From the NCBI GenBank assembly GCA_039096225.1, contig JBBPEB010000018.1:248001-312000 (forward strand): a DNA stretch of 64,000 nucleotides, read 5' to 3'. Of this stretch, positions 33,865 to 49,906 are shown one piece after another (the stretch's first letter is position 1; the number at the start of each line of letters is the position of its first letter). The translations under genes were made by a program, and so were the position numbers. The notes below the pieces were generated by a model that did no database searches, was not told the DNA's origin, and was given only the letters and a program-made list of their open reading frames with translations. This DNA comes from Blastocystis sp. Blastoise. Lineage: Eukaryota; Protista; Bigyra: Opalinata.

Positions 33865-34740
33865 TAGAGTTGGGCGAAGTCCATCAAGTTTCACTTGTAC
33901 CAAAATTTTCTTTTAAGAGTGACTTTTCTTGTATAATAATATCAAAATACTTATTTTTTTAAATTATATATATTTTTTGTATTCTACATACTTATGTTCA
34001 CACTTCGAACAGGAGAGATTTTAAGTATATATGACAATTAGATGCAATTCACTTTATAAGTGATTTATCTTTTTTAATTGTAGAGTATGCCACTTTATAA
34101 ATAGATTTTATGTTCTATTCAGTATTAATAAGGCATTTATACAATTATATTTATTCATCATATTCATAATATTTTGTAAATTTAATCTAAAATCTATCAT
34201 TATGAGTTACAAACTGTCTGTTGTATACAAAAAAGCTGATATGATGACATTTAGAAAAGTTGACATGAATAGAGATGCATCGATAATTTATAAAACACAG
34301 ATATTTTATATAAATAAGAATATACATAAAGGGGCGTACATGACCAGATATTCTTATGGATAAAATAATGCAAAAAATATTTGTTTGATTCAACTTTATT
34401 ACAAAGTTGTAATTGATATATATTTATATAGAGTATAGTGTCTAGAGTTGAATAGAAGAACCAAATTCTAATTTCCATTTTATTAATTGTAATTATATTT
34501 TATACTCGTTCAATATTGCTTTATTTTTCAAAGTTGGTATAGCTATAGCATATACATTGATTACCCCATGGTATCTTGACTCAACAATAGCTTGTACTGA
34601 AGATTGAAACCACACCAAAAAATGTTTTTTTTTTCCCGTGAAAAAAAGTGAGAAAAACGAGCTACAAATTGGAGCTCCAACCCCAAAAATTGGACCTAGA
34701 TGGACCTCCATACAAATGGACTTCCATTTGCCCAACTCTA
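33865..34740. mobile_element. Non-autonomous hAT-like DNA transposon (MITE-like), 876 bp
   Basis: Terminal inverted repeats TAGAGTTGGGC (33865-33875) and GCCCAACTCTA (34730-34740), extended by GAAGTCCAT/ATGGACTTC. Identical 8-bp flanks GTTTTTGT at 33857-33864 and 34741-34748; subterminal TGGAC repeats; no transposase ORF. Confidence 0.85.
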
Positions 34741-35861
34741 GTTTTTGTTCATTTTGTTTTTTTTGTGTTTTGATCTTTTTAAAAAGGAAAAATAAATATT
34801 TTTTAATGTATATATTAAAATATAGAATATATAACGTATGTCATTATCCATGTTAAAAATGAACATATACAAATCAACTCAATTAAAAAAATATTAATTT
34901 ATTTAAGATCGTCATCATTCTACAGCATATCTATAGTAAGGATGAGTTTACTATCGATAGATTACTATCTGAAAATACAAACAAAAGCATTTTGTTTCTA
35001 AAATTGTTGTAAATACATATGAAAATATATTAAATATACATAAATGAGCTTAGAATGATTAGAATAATAGTTTTAAAAAGTATATATTCCAGTAGATAAT
35101 ATAAAAGAAAATGAAAACATATAAGGAAGCATCAAATGTAATATAAAACAAATATATTTCAATATAAATAAATTTTTAAAAAAACTATAATTATGTTATA
35201 TAAATAAATCTACTATGAAAAAAAGAGTTCCTCTCACATAGGATTACAAAGGAGAAATGATAAAGAGATAGAAACTATGAAGAATAAAGGATAAAAGAGA
35301 ATGAGATCAACAATATATAAATATCAAAAACATTATATATGAATAATCGTCAAATAAAAAGAGAATAATATAAATATATATATATATAGAATCAAAAAGA
35401 AAAGAAATGAACTAGGAATAAATATGTTAAAAAAAAGAAAAATATTGAAAAAGAATAAGGGTTTCAAGTATATATATTATATATACAAAAGAAACAAATA
35501 TCAGACTGAAAAAATCAGAGAAGAAATCATTAAAAAAAAATGAAAAATAGAATTAAAAAAAATCAAGTAATATGTGCTATAAAAAAATAGCTGAAATAAT
35601 GTAAATTCTATAAATAGATTCTGCATTGTCAATAAGATATATATATATGTATATACTTATGATTGAATAAGACAAGAAACTTATAATACTCACAATAAAT
35701 AATAGACAACGAATTATATAATTATATAATTATAAAATAAAATAAATAAAAGAGTGAATAAAAAAGAAAATTAAGAAAGCATGTTAAAAAAAAGAAAAAA
35801 TATATATATAATAATATTTTTATAGAACCTAATTATAAATAAAAGTATTCAAAAAGAATAC

Positions 35862-38800
35862 TTATATTCCATGAATATTAGAATACCTAGTAGAAACAGG
35901 TAACATAAATGATTGTTTTCGACGAACATGAGTGTTTGTAGTAATACTTTCGGATATATACATATATATCAAATAAAACGTATAAAGTAATACTAATACT
36001 AATAAGAAAAGACAGAAAAAAACTAATATCTTTTTAAATATTAAAGATTCATCATTCATAATAAGAACACTCGACTGAGAATAGACTTTCAAATTCTGTT
36101 CTTCTAAGAAAATACTATTATTATGAAATATATTCAATAATGACTTCTCTATATGGGAAATAATAATATGTGTATCTCTCTGTAAAGTTTGGTAATCAGA
36201 TTGAAACTGAAATTGTATAAAAAGAACTTTTCCCTTACCTGACATAACACTAGATACACTATATATAGAAAAGACTATAGAACTATTTAACTGAGTTTCT
36301 ATATATTCATCAAATAAACTATAGATAGCGTATATATCACTTGCTTTAATAGAAGAAGGAGAAAGTGTAAACATAATAGGAATACGGAAATAAGATAAAG
36401 TTTGTTGAAGACGAATTGTTTTATTTGCACGAAGACATAAAGAATCATTAGGTAATTCCCAGTAACTCCATGTGTTATTCCAGAAACAATGTCTTGATAT
36501 AACACTTCGCTTTAATAAATCACAATATACAAAAGTAGTTGTATTTGACATTGTATTAGGCCAAATACCATCTTCAGAACAAAAACGTGAAGATACTACT
36601 ATAGTCATAGTCACAGTTGTACTTGTATCTTTATTTCCTGCGATTATTGTATAAAGAGTAGCATTTGATAATACAGTAGGTATACCTGTAATAGCACCTG
36701 TGGATTTATCAAACTCTAATCCTATTGGTAATAATGGAGATATTGTCCAATGAGAAATATAATTTGAAACAGTAGGAACAAGAGAAAACATAGTTTCATG
36801 TATATAACAAACATGATAAGAAGTATGATAATCTATAATAGGTGCTTTATATTTACAATTATCTAAAGGAAGACTCCAAGCGGGAGGAACTGTATTTAAA
36901 CAAACGCGGGAAATAGATCCCTCATAAAGAGGGTTCCCACAATCTAATACAACATTATTTCCTTTATTTGTTTCTGGCCAAATACCATCTTCTGGACATG
37001 TTACAAGTAATATAGTTATAGTAACTGTTGTAGATGCATATTGAAGAGGATTAAATACACATACCATATATGATGTATTATATAATGGATTAATTGCTTT
37101 ACCTGAAATAACTCCAGTAGATATATTAAAGATTAATCCAGAAGGTAAAGAAGGAGAAATCGAATAAGAATCAATAATACCTGAAGTTTCAGGAATATAA
37201 TCATTTATAATATCATTATAATAAAATAAGAAATTAGAATCAGAATATTGTATACTTAATGGAGTAACTGTACAATTATGTACAATAGGTCCCCATCCGT
37301 TATAAGTTGTTAAAGAACATGTCCTAGAGAGATTTCCATCCATATAAATAGATTCACAAGGAAGTATATTTATAGAAGGAGAAGGAGCAATTATCCATAA
37401 TCCCTCTGTTTCACAATATTTATCTGTAATAGAAAATGAAAAAGTTGTACTTATAGACCCAGAAATATTACTAGCAGTGACTGTATATGTAATATTAACT
37501 GAAGTTATTAGTGGTATTCCCGTGATTATTCCTGTAACTTCATTAAATACAAGTCCTACAGGTAGCTCAGGAACAATAGAAAAAGTATAAATAATACCTT
37601 CATATATAGGTACAACTTGTTGAATAGTATGATTATAATAATATAAAGATTGAATAGATGGATAAGATAATGATAAAGGAGTAATAACATAACAATTTTC
37701 TGAATGAACAGTAGAAAATACCCCATTATTACAAGTTCTATAAGAATATCCATCTTCATATTGAGGGCATTTCCCATGACTTTCCTCACCATGAAATGCA
37801 GGTGGGTAATCCCCTAATCGCATACATGCATTTTCATATCGTTTTATATTAAATTGAATTTCTGCTAATTGAAGATGTCCATGACCACAAGTACTATCTG
37901 TATCATTAAATATAGAAGGATTATTACATTCTAGAAAAGTTAATTTATATTCACTATATGCTTTATTAGGAATAAAATCACGAGAGAAATGACTATTATA
38001 TTGAAGAAAGATATGATTGGTGACTATATCTAATTCATCATATGATTGGCCATTGTCGTTAGATCCCTCAAGTTTCCAACTACTAGGATGACGACTATTA
38101 CAATTATTACCTGTAATAAGTACATAATTAGTAATAAATTGTCTTTTATTATTATTTGATTTAAATATAGCATAAGCATCTGCACATAAATTATAGGAAA
38201 TCCATTTTGTATTAATATTATTATCAAATGCTTTAGAAATATCATTATAAGAAAGTTGTGAATTGATTCCTTTATATAATCCACCAGTAGAGACAAGTTG
38301 TTCTTTCTCATAGAAATAATAATAACAAGAAAAATAATTCACAGTAATAGGAATGGGTCCTTGATGAAGTTCAATACCAAGGATATTTCGTTCTTGATAT
38401 ATTGGTATATCAGAAAATTGAATATGAAAAGAAGAACCAACATTTTGTACAATTTCATAACTAAGTAAAGCTAAAGTATCATAAGTAATAGTTATAGATT
38501 CAGGCATATTCATACGGTATATTTCAATTCCATTGAAATATACAATACATCCACCTAGAATACGTAAAGTAAATGAGAATCCTGAGTAATACACCGTATC
38601 AGGGATATCTATTACTGTTCTATAATATTGAGTAATTCCCTTTGGAGGTTGTATATGTTCTTCTGTACTTAACGTCCATAAATAATCATCAAAATCACGT
38701 TTCATCCAATTAGAAGGTAGATTTACAAAAATAGAAGGATTTAAATAAACCCATAATATAGATTCAGGTCTTAATATTTCTTTAAGAGTAAATGTAACCC

Positions 38801-41800
38801 ATTTTGGTGATTCATTCTTTCCTATTGTATATCGGTTAATTTCATTATTATCATAACTACTTATACTTATATAAGAAGATCCCCAATTATCATTAAATGT
38901 ATCAATAAGTTGTAAATAATAATTACCTGGAAGAATACAATAACTATAATAATTATTAGAATATTTAGGAAAATTGTTTTGAGTATCAATTAATGTTTTA
39001 TTTGAATAATATAATTCAAATTTCATTTGATTAAATGATTGATATCCTGTATTTACACATGTTACAATTAATAGTGTTAAAGGAGATATACAATCAGTAA
39101 TAGTAATTGTAAGAAGTGTCATAGATTCTTCTTCTCTCATATTATATGCATGTATAACTAGTTCAAAAGAAGATACTAATACTTGAGGTCGACCATAAAG
39201 AAGACCTGTTGATGAATCTATATATAATCCTAAAGGAAGTGTACCACTTAATATAGAAAAACCATGAAAAAAAGGAGTATTTGTAATAGAAGGAAATTCA
39301 GTATTTCTATAAGCTGTTATTATAGAAGGTGTATAAGAAAGAGGATATGAAGGAACAGAATAAGTATCAATAGAAAAAAGTTGAATTTCACTAATGGAAA
39401 GAGTAGAAGTAGAAGAATATCCATCTAGACGTGTAAATACAAAAGCATAAGAATGATATAATTCTTGATGACTATATGTATAGAAACATTTTTGTTGTGA
39501 TCTAGAATTCCATCGAATTGAACTTTCTTCTCCTAAGACTTTACAATTAGTAAGTGATGGATAATTAATTGTGGATAACCGTGAATATGTAGAATTTAAT
39601 ATAGATGTATTTAAACCATGTTGATGTTTATTAACTAGAGTAGAGTTAATAGATCGATAAGAAGGAGTACAACCATAAATAGTCCATTCAACAGGGTCTT
39701 CTAAAGAATTATCAGGATTATTAAAGATACAATATTTATTAACATATTCAAAACGCATTGGATTTAGATAAGAAATAGAAAAAGAAACATAAGAAAAAGG
39801 GAAAATAGTATCTGTATATCTCCATGTAGTAAGATGTTTTCCATCAATAATATTATTAATATCTTCATCATCAATATTATTTATTGATGATTTAATTGGT
39901 TTATTATAAAGAGAAGTATGTATATTTTGAATAGAAGAAGAAGATGATGATGATGATGAAGGAGAAGAAGAAGAAGGTTTATGTATATTATGTATATTAT
40001 GAACTATAGAATCTTGTTTGGAATCTCCTTGTATATCTAAATATCCAAGTAAATTGGCTGTCATATCCCATGTACGACTATTACTTTCTTTATGTATATA
40101 TCTCATAGTATAATAAAATGGAGTGATAGAAGGATAAATTGTATCTATTGGTAATATATTTGCAAATGCTAATACATTCTCTCCATCATGAAGAAGAGAT
40201 ACAGGAAATAATAAAGGTTTTGCATTCTTAATAGAACATAATTTATCTTCTGATGGTACAGAATCAATAGTCAAATCACCTTCAGGAAGCTTATATTCAT
40301 AAACAGATTTTCCATTTATATATATCCATAATGAGCAAGAAGAAGTAACTACTAATTCAAATGCTTCAGCAGGATATACAACATAATAAAAGAAATGACG
40401 TCTAAATATTTGAACAGATTTTGTTGTTATTAAATAGGATTTATAAGTAGATGAAGGATCTGAAAATGATTTATTATATGATTCATTTAAATATATATTA
40501 TTTGTTGATACATTTGTATTAATAGGTGGTGATATTTTAGAATCTTCACTTGTTTCTTCTAAACAATGAGTAAAATCACTAGATTCTATATATTCTGCGG
40601 TATACCATTCAGAAGGTAATGTAGGACCATCTAGAAGGCAAAATAATTCTTTATCATCATCAAAAATACTGAATTGTAAATTAATAATATAATCCGTTGA
40701 ACGATCATTAACATAACTTTCACGGAAAATAATATATCTCAGACTATTAGTAATAAGTGTAATAGTTAAATAACTATCAATTTCCCATCCATTGTTATCA
40801 ATACTAATGAATCGAACAATATATTGAGTAGCAGGTACACATAATGTTTTTGATTGATCACCAATTTCTTCACTTGTTTGACGATATATACAGTAGTTAT
40901 TAAAATCACAAATTTCAAATGCTTCAGCTGTAGCTAAATGAGAATTTGAATGTTTTGTAATAATTAATTTTGTATTTGTTTTTGAATCACAAAAACGAAC
41001 AATTAAATGTATTTTAAATGAAGAAGAAGCAGTAAAAGTTGTTGTTGTTGTTGTATTAGTATTATTAATATTATTATTATTATTAATATATTTTAAAATA
41101 GAAGATTTTATTAATAATGAAGATGATGAATTTGATATAACTCTATTTGATATATCCGAATAACCATATTTATAATTATTAGTATAATTCTTCTTAATTA
41201 AAGATTGATTATAAGCATCAACATCTGTAACTAATTGAATAGTAATTGTCTCATTATATGACTCTGTAGGTATTCCTTCAAATTCTCCACTTTCTTCATA
41301 AAAATTAAGACCATTTGGTAATGTAGAGTCAATAAGTTTATAATAATAATTACCTGTTAATAAAGGAGTTATATATATACTATCTAAAGAAGCAATCGAT
41401 TCGAAAGAAGAAGAAGAATACTTTAATTCTGTAATAAAAGGTTCATAACGAGCAATTAAACTGAATTCAGTAAGTTCTAAATATTCTTCATGTTGATCTG
41501 ATTGAGAAAATTCAATTTTATACATATTATAAGCTATAGTATTTGACGTTAATGGCATTTCTTGTTTTGTTCGACGAGAAAGGGAAGGAAATGAAGATAC
41601 ACGATGAAGTAATGTCCATGTATTCCCTTGATTATTTGATCCAAATAAGAAATAAATATGAGGATCATATAAAGTAGTTCCATTAGTTGTTGTTATAGAA
41701 TAATAATTAATCCATTCTCTTCTATTCTTAGGATATTGATATATTAAAGAACATGTACGAGAACTAGGATAAGAACAAGACCAATGAGTATATATATTCA

Positions 41801-43096
41801 TATCAAATGCATTTTCAATAGTTTGTAAAGATAATGAAGAATCAACTGAATTATGAAAATGATTATTATTTTTAATTGAATTATCATCTTTAATAGAGTT
41901 ATAAACTCTAATATCATCATAATATAAACCAGGAATAATTCGAGTAATAGATTGACCATATAAAGGGAAAAAATATAAATCAAATAAATCACTATGAGGT
42001 AATAATGAGAGAGAAGGATGAATCTCTACACTAACAGTAATTTTTGTATTTTCATGTATATACTCATACCAACTACCTGTTATTTGATGATAACTATAAG
42101 AAGATTCATGAGTTATTGCAGATGTTGTGGGAGTTATTTCTGTTGTTGGTAAATTATATCGAATTAATTCTTTAGTATTTACAAAGATTCGTACACCTTC
42201 TAAACAATATATTCCTATTTCAAATATAGAAAATTGTGAAATAGGAATAGAAGTTATAAATGTCTTTCGATAATATCGTGTAGAAGTTGTTGTTAATGGG
42301 AATGAAGAAGAACTGGCTAAAAGCCAAGTAGAATCATCAAATGTATTTTGTGTCCATTCATTTGTGTCATATAAATTATTTGAATATTTCCAACTTGAAA
42401 ATTTTGGTATTAAAATAGATGCTATATAAAATAGTGAATAAATAAAGAAGGGTTATATAAATATATAATATAATATATTTAAAATCATATATATATTTTT
42501 TTTAAATCATATATATATATTTAAAATCATATATATAATATTTAATATCATATATATATAATTTTAAAAACATATATATATATATAGCAATAAATAAATT
42601 TTTAAAAACTAGAAACATACGATAAAATTGAAATTCATCCAAATTTCCAGCTAATAATCTATGTTTTAGGATTTCTGTATCATATACTTGAATCGTAAAA
42701 TAGGATCCATCACTCCAACCATTTCTTGAGCTATAATAAAAGCAAAATAAAAATCTATATAGAATGAAAAGATTCAAAACAATACCTGCTCATAGAAATG
42801 ATAGTATGTAGTACCGGTTCAAGGCAAAAAACGTATTGCTTTGTAGAACTTTGAATCCAATCATCCTCTATAAACCCTATGATTGTGCCACCATTATAAG
42901 ATCCACGTACGATTTTGATTCTTTCATCAATCCCAGATACACCGTAGTACCGGACAATTTTTGTTTCGATCAAAGGAGAACGACACTCCTCAGATTGACA
43001 CAAAACTAAAGAGATGAGGTTGGTTATAAATAGATTCATACGTTGATATGCCAATAGTAATAAGAAAAAATATTTTATTCTTATTGTTATAGACAT
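35862..43096 (-). CDS. Giant type-I membrane surface protein with putative-Ig (He_PIG-like), discoidin/F5-8-like, jelly-roll and Cys-rich modules
   Basis: Signal peptide from ATG 43096 across a 36-nt intron (43006-43041), three 5' introns, then one ~6.5-kb open exon. Repeated LPxGLxFxxxTGxIxG and PxxWxLxGSND motifs; C-terminal hydrophobic helix. Confidence 0.88.
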
Positions 43097-43296
43097 AATT
43101 GCAAACAAAAAATAAACGAATCTCACAAATACAAAATTTCTTTTTGTAAACTTTATTTTCTCTGGAAGAAAACCAATTTTTGCCTAATTTCTTTTTAGAA
43201 ATCATGATTTTTTTGATAAATTTAAAAAAGTCTCTTTATTTTAGACTTATCAATAGAATATTTTTTATTTCCATTCTGATTTTATAGTAAATAGAT

Positions 43297-47118
<3,822 letters not shown>

Positions 47119-47309
47119 AACAATTTTTACTAGTTATTAAACAATGGCACATTATTTCTATTATTTTGTCACAAACTTTATATTAATTTTAAAAAATATA
47201 TATATTAACTACAATATTTGTTGTTTTGTATTAAAATACATAAATTCATTAAACAAAAGTATATATATTATCACACTCTAATTAATGTTTTGCCCAAACG
47301 AATAGAAGT

Positions 47310-47783
47310 TTAGTTCTTTTCCTATATATAATATATTAATTAAAATAAAAAGTCAAAAAAATTATAATAAAAAAAACTTTCGAAAGTACGTTGAGGACGC
47401 TTGAATTCACGAATCTTTCTGTCTTCAGCAGAACGACCACGGACGATACGGTTGTGGACGGCGCAAGAAACGCAGTATTGAGTCTTAATGTAGAGCTTAG
47501 GAAGAGTGTATTCTTCATAAACGGAGGCATCCTTGATATCTCTGGTAGAAGAACCATCAACCATGTTTCTAACGTGGAATCTCTTCACAGCCTTATCCTT
47601 AGGGACACAACGATTACAGTTGGAACAACGGACATATTTGACGTGACCACGACCTTTCTTAGCACGACCAGCGTTTCTTAAAATGACATGAATCAATAAG
47701 TGGTTTGAAATAAAGAAAAAAAGGTTTACATCGGATATAAGACATCTATATAATGTAAATACATACCTTCTCTTAAAACTCAT
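47310..47783 (-). CDS. RPS26: 40S ribosomal protein eS26 (exact 3' end uncertain: 47310 or 47278)
   Basis: MSFKRR|[33 protein letters not shown]...[17 protein letters not shown], with high-expression codon usage. Confidence 0.97.
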
Positions 47784-49906
47784 TTTACTATATGGGCAAT
47801 AGAATGCAAATTATTAGTGTAATAAACAAACAGGAATGGACCAAGAAAATAGGTGGCCCATTTATTGGCCAGCCATTAAGGGTCCCTATAATTTTTATTC
47901 CACCTTTTAATAAAAATATCGATTATATTTTCATGATAATCATAATTTTTAGGGCTTTTACTAAAAATATAAAAACCAGAGACTTCTTTCGCTTTTTATG
48001 CAATAATGAGTTCAGAAATATTCTTGGGAAAACAACAATTATTTTTTAGTTTATAAAAAGAAGTTTATAGATTGTTTAAGATGATATTTCAATTAAAATC
48101 GAACATTTTTTATTCAGTTGACTGGTGTCTGTTATAGAGGTTTCTTTTATTTTATCATAGATACGAATTAATTTTTAATGAATGCATTTTTAAAGTTTAT
48201 ATATGTATATTCTTGTTTTTTAAATACTTGAAGAAAATAATTTGAAGTAGAATAGAGACTGAATACAAAAAAGAAAATGACAATTATTAATAATGATATG
48301 AAATACATGTAAAAGTGTATGTATAAACTCATGAATAAAGAATGAATAGATGTGTATTGTATTATGAAGACAAAATAAACAACAAACATAATGAAAAAAA
48401 AAATAAAAAAAGTATTTATAAAAAATATTATAGCGTATTCTATTTAGGGCTTTCAATTTCTATTTATTTATCTAAAAATTTATATTGTGTATATTTACTA
48501 ATATAAAACATAAATAAAATATATTTAGGGTCACATAAAATGATTCATTTAATAATTGGAATATAATTCTGCTTTGTATTTGCTTTTATGATAATTATTT
48601 AAATGATACTTGCTGCTTGAAATGACAGATAGTTGTATTAATATAAAATAATGACTGTGGGTTGCATCATTTAGAGAAATCTCATTTTTTTTTATAGAAA
48701 TATTCTGTAGTAGCTGCTAACGATATATGTAATTTAATCTAAATCAGAATTTCGTAAAAATTATTTAAAAGTAGATATGTAAAGAATCATTCATTTTACG
48801 TATTCCTTTCTTTTTTCATGAAATAATAACACTTGTGAACAAAATCAAATAGTAAATGACAAAAATCGTTTGAATTCTTCAGAATAATGAATATAAACAC
48901 TATGTCTTATTCATTGAATGGAATCATTTCATTATTTTATAAATATATTAAAATGCAACCATTTACAAGATCATTTAAAATCTAAATTAAACATTATTAA
49001 GTTATATATAGGTAAAATAATAAAATGAAAAAATGACTAATCTTCTTTTCGAGAATTATAGTTATTAATAAAATACAAAAAATAGAGTTATATATTTTAG
49101 CCATTGCGAATAATCAAAATCATTAGATATTGTGTCATTTCATTTACCAAATATTGATAAGAACAATTATTTTTATTGTATTTATGAATGACTATACGTG
49201 ACCGTATCTTAAATGTACTTTACTCGTCATACTACGAAATAATTATTCTGTTTTTAAAAATATTTTTGATATTTTAAAATTATTTACTTTTATTATTTCC
49301 ACCTTAATTTAACTAAATTCCTTTTATTTAAAATACATTGTCTTTAAGAATTAGAATGATCAATAAATGTACTTAAAAAGAAATATCTGGCTTTTTGCGC
49401 ATTTCTGGTTGATCTATTCTAGAGGTCCAGAGTGATCTAATTGTTGTAGAAAAAAATATTATTATTTACTACCTTCTCGTCCTTTTTGTAATAACAAGAA
49501 CAATTGAATAGATTAGTAACGCCTTTTCCCATCATTTAGGTATTAAATGATGTGAAAGACCAAATTTCTTTTTCGTTTCATATTTCGTTTTTTTGCATAA
49601 GATTTCACTTTTTTTTCATTTAGATTCGTTTTTTTTTCATAAAGTTTCGTTTTTTTTTCAGTGTATTTCGTAATATTTTCAAAATATTTCATTTTTTAAA
49701 TTTTTATTTTTAATGTATATGTTGTTTCTGTTTTAAATTTTATTCAGTTTATTGGAATCTAAGTAAACTATTATGTCTAAAAAGAAGAAAAACAATACAA
49801 AAATAAAAAAATCATAAATGTATGTATTCGAGATTAGGTGTTTTTTTATTGAAAAAACATAAATGATAGATTTTTAAGAATAATTTATCATGATTTAATA
49901 TATTGA

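Noticed and set aside
34493-34856. ORFs within or overlapping the hAT-like element as transposase remnants
   Set aside because: They are short and show no BED-finger, DDE or hAT dimerisation motifs.
47391-47681. 96-aa plus-strand ORF
   Set aside because: It is the antisense shadow of the codon-biased RPS26 exon.
49425-49495. Resemblance to U6atac/U11 snRNA (AAAAGGACGAGAAGG on the minus strand)
   Set aside because: There is an extra base in the AAGGAGA box, no AGC triad and no clear Sm site.
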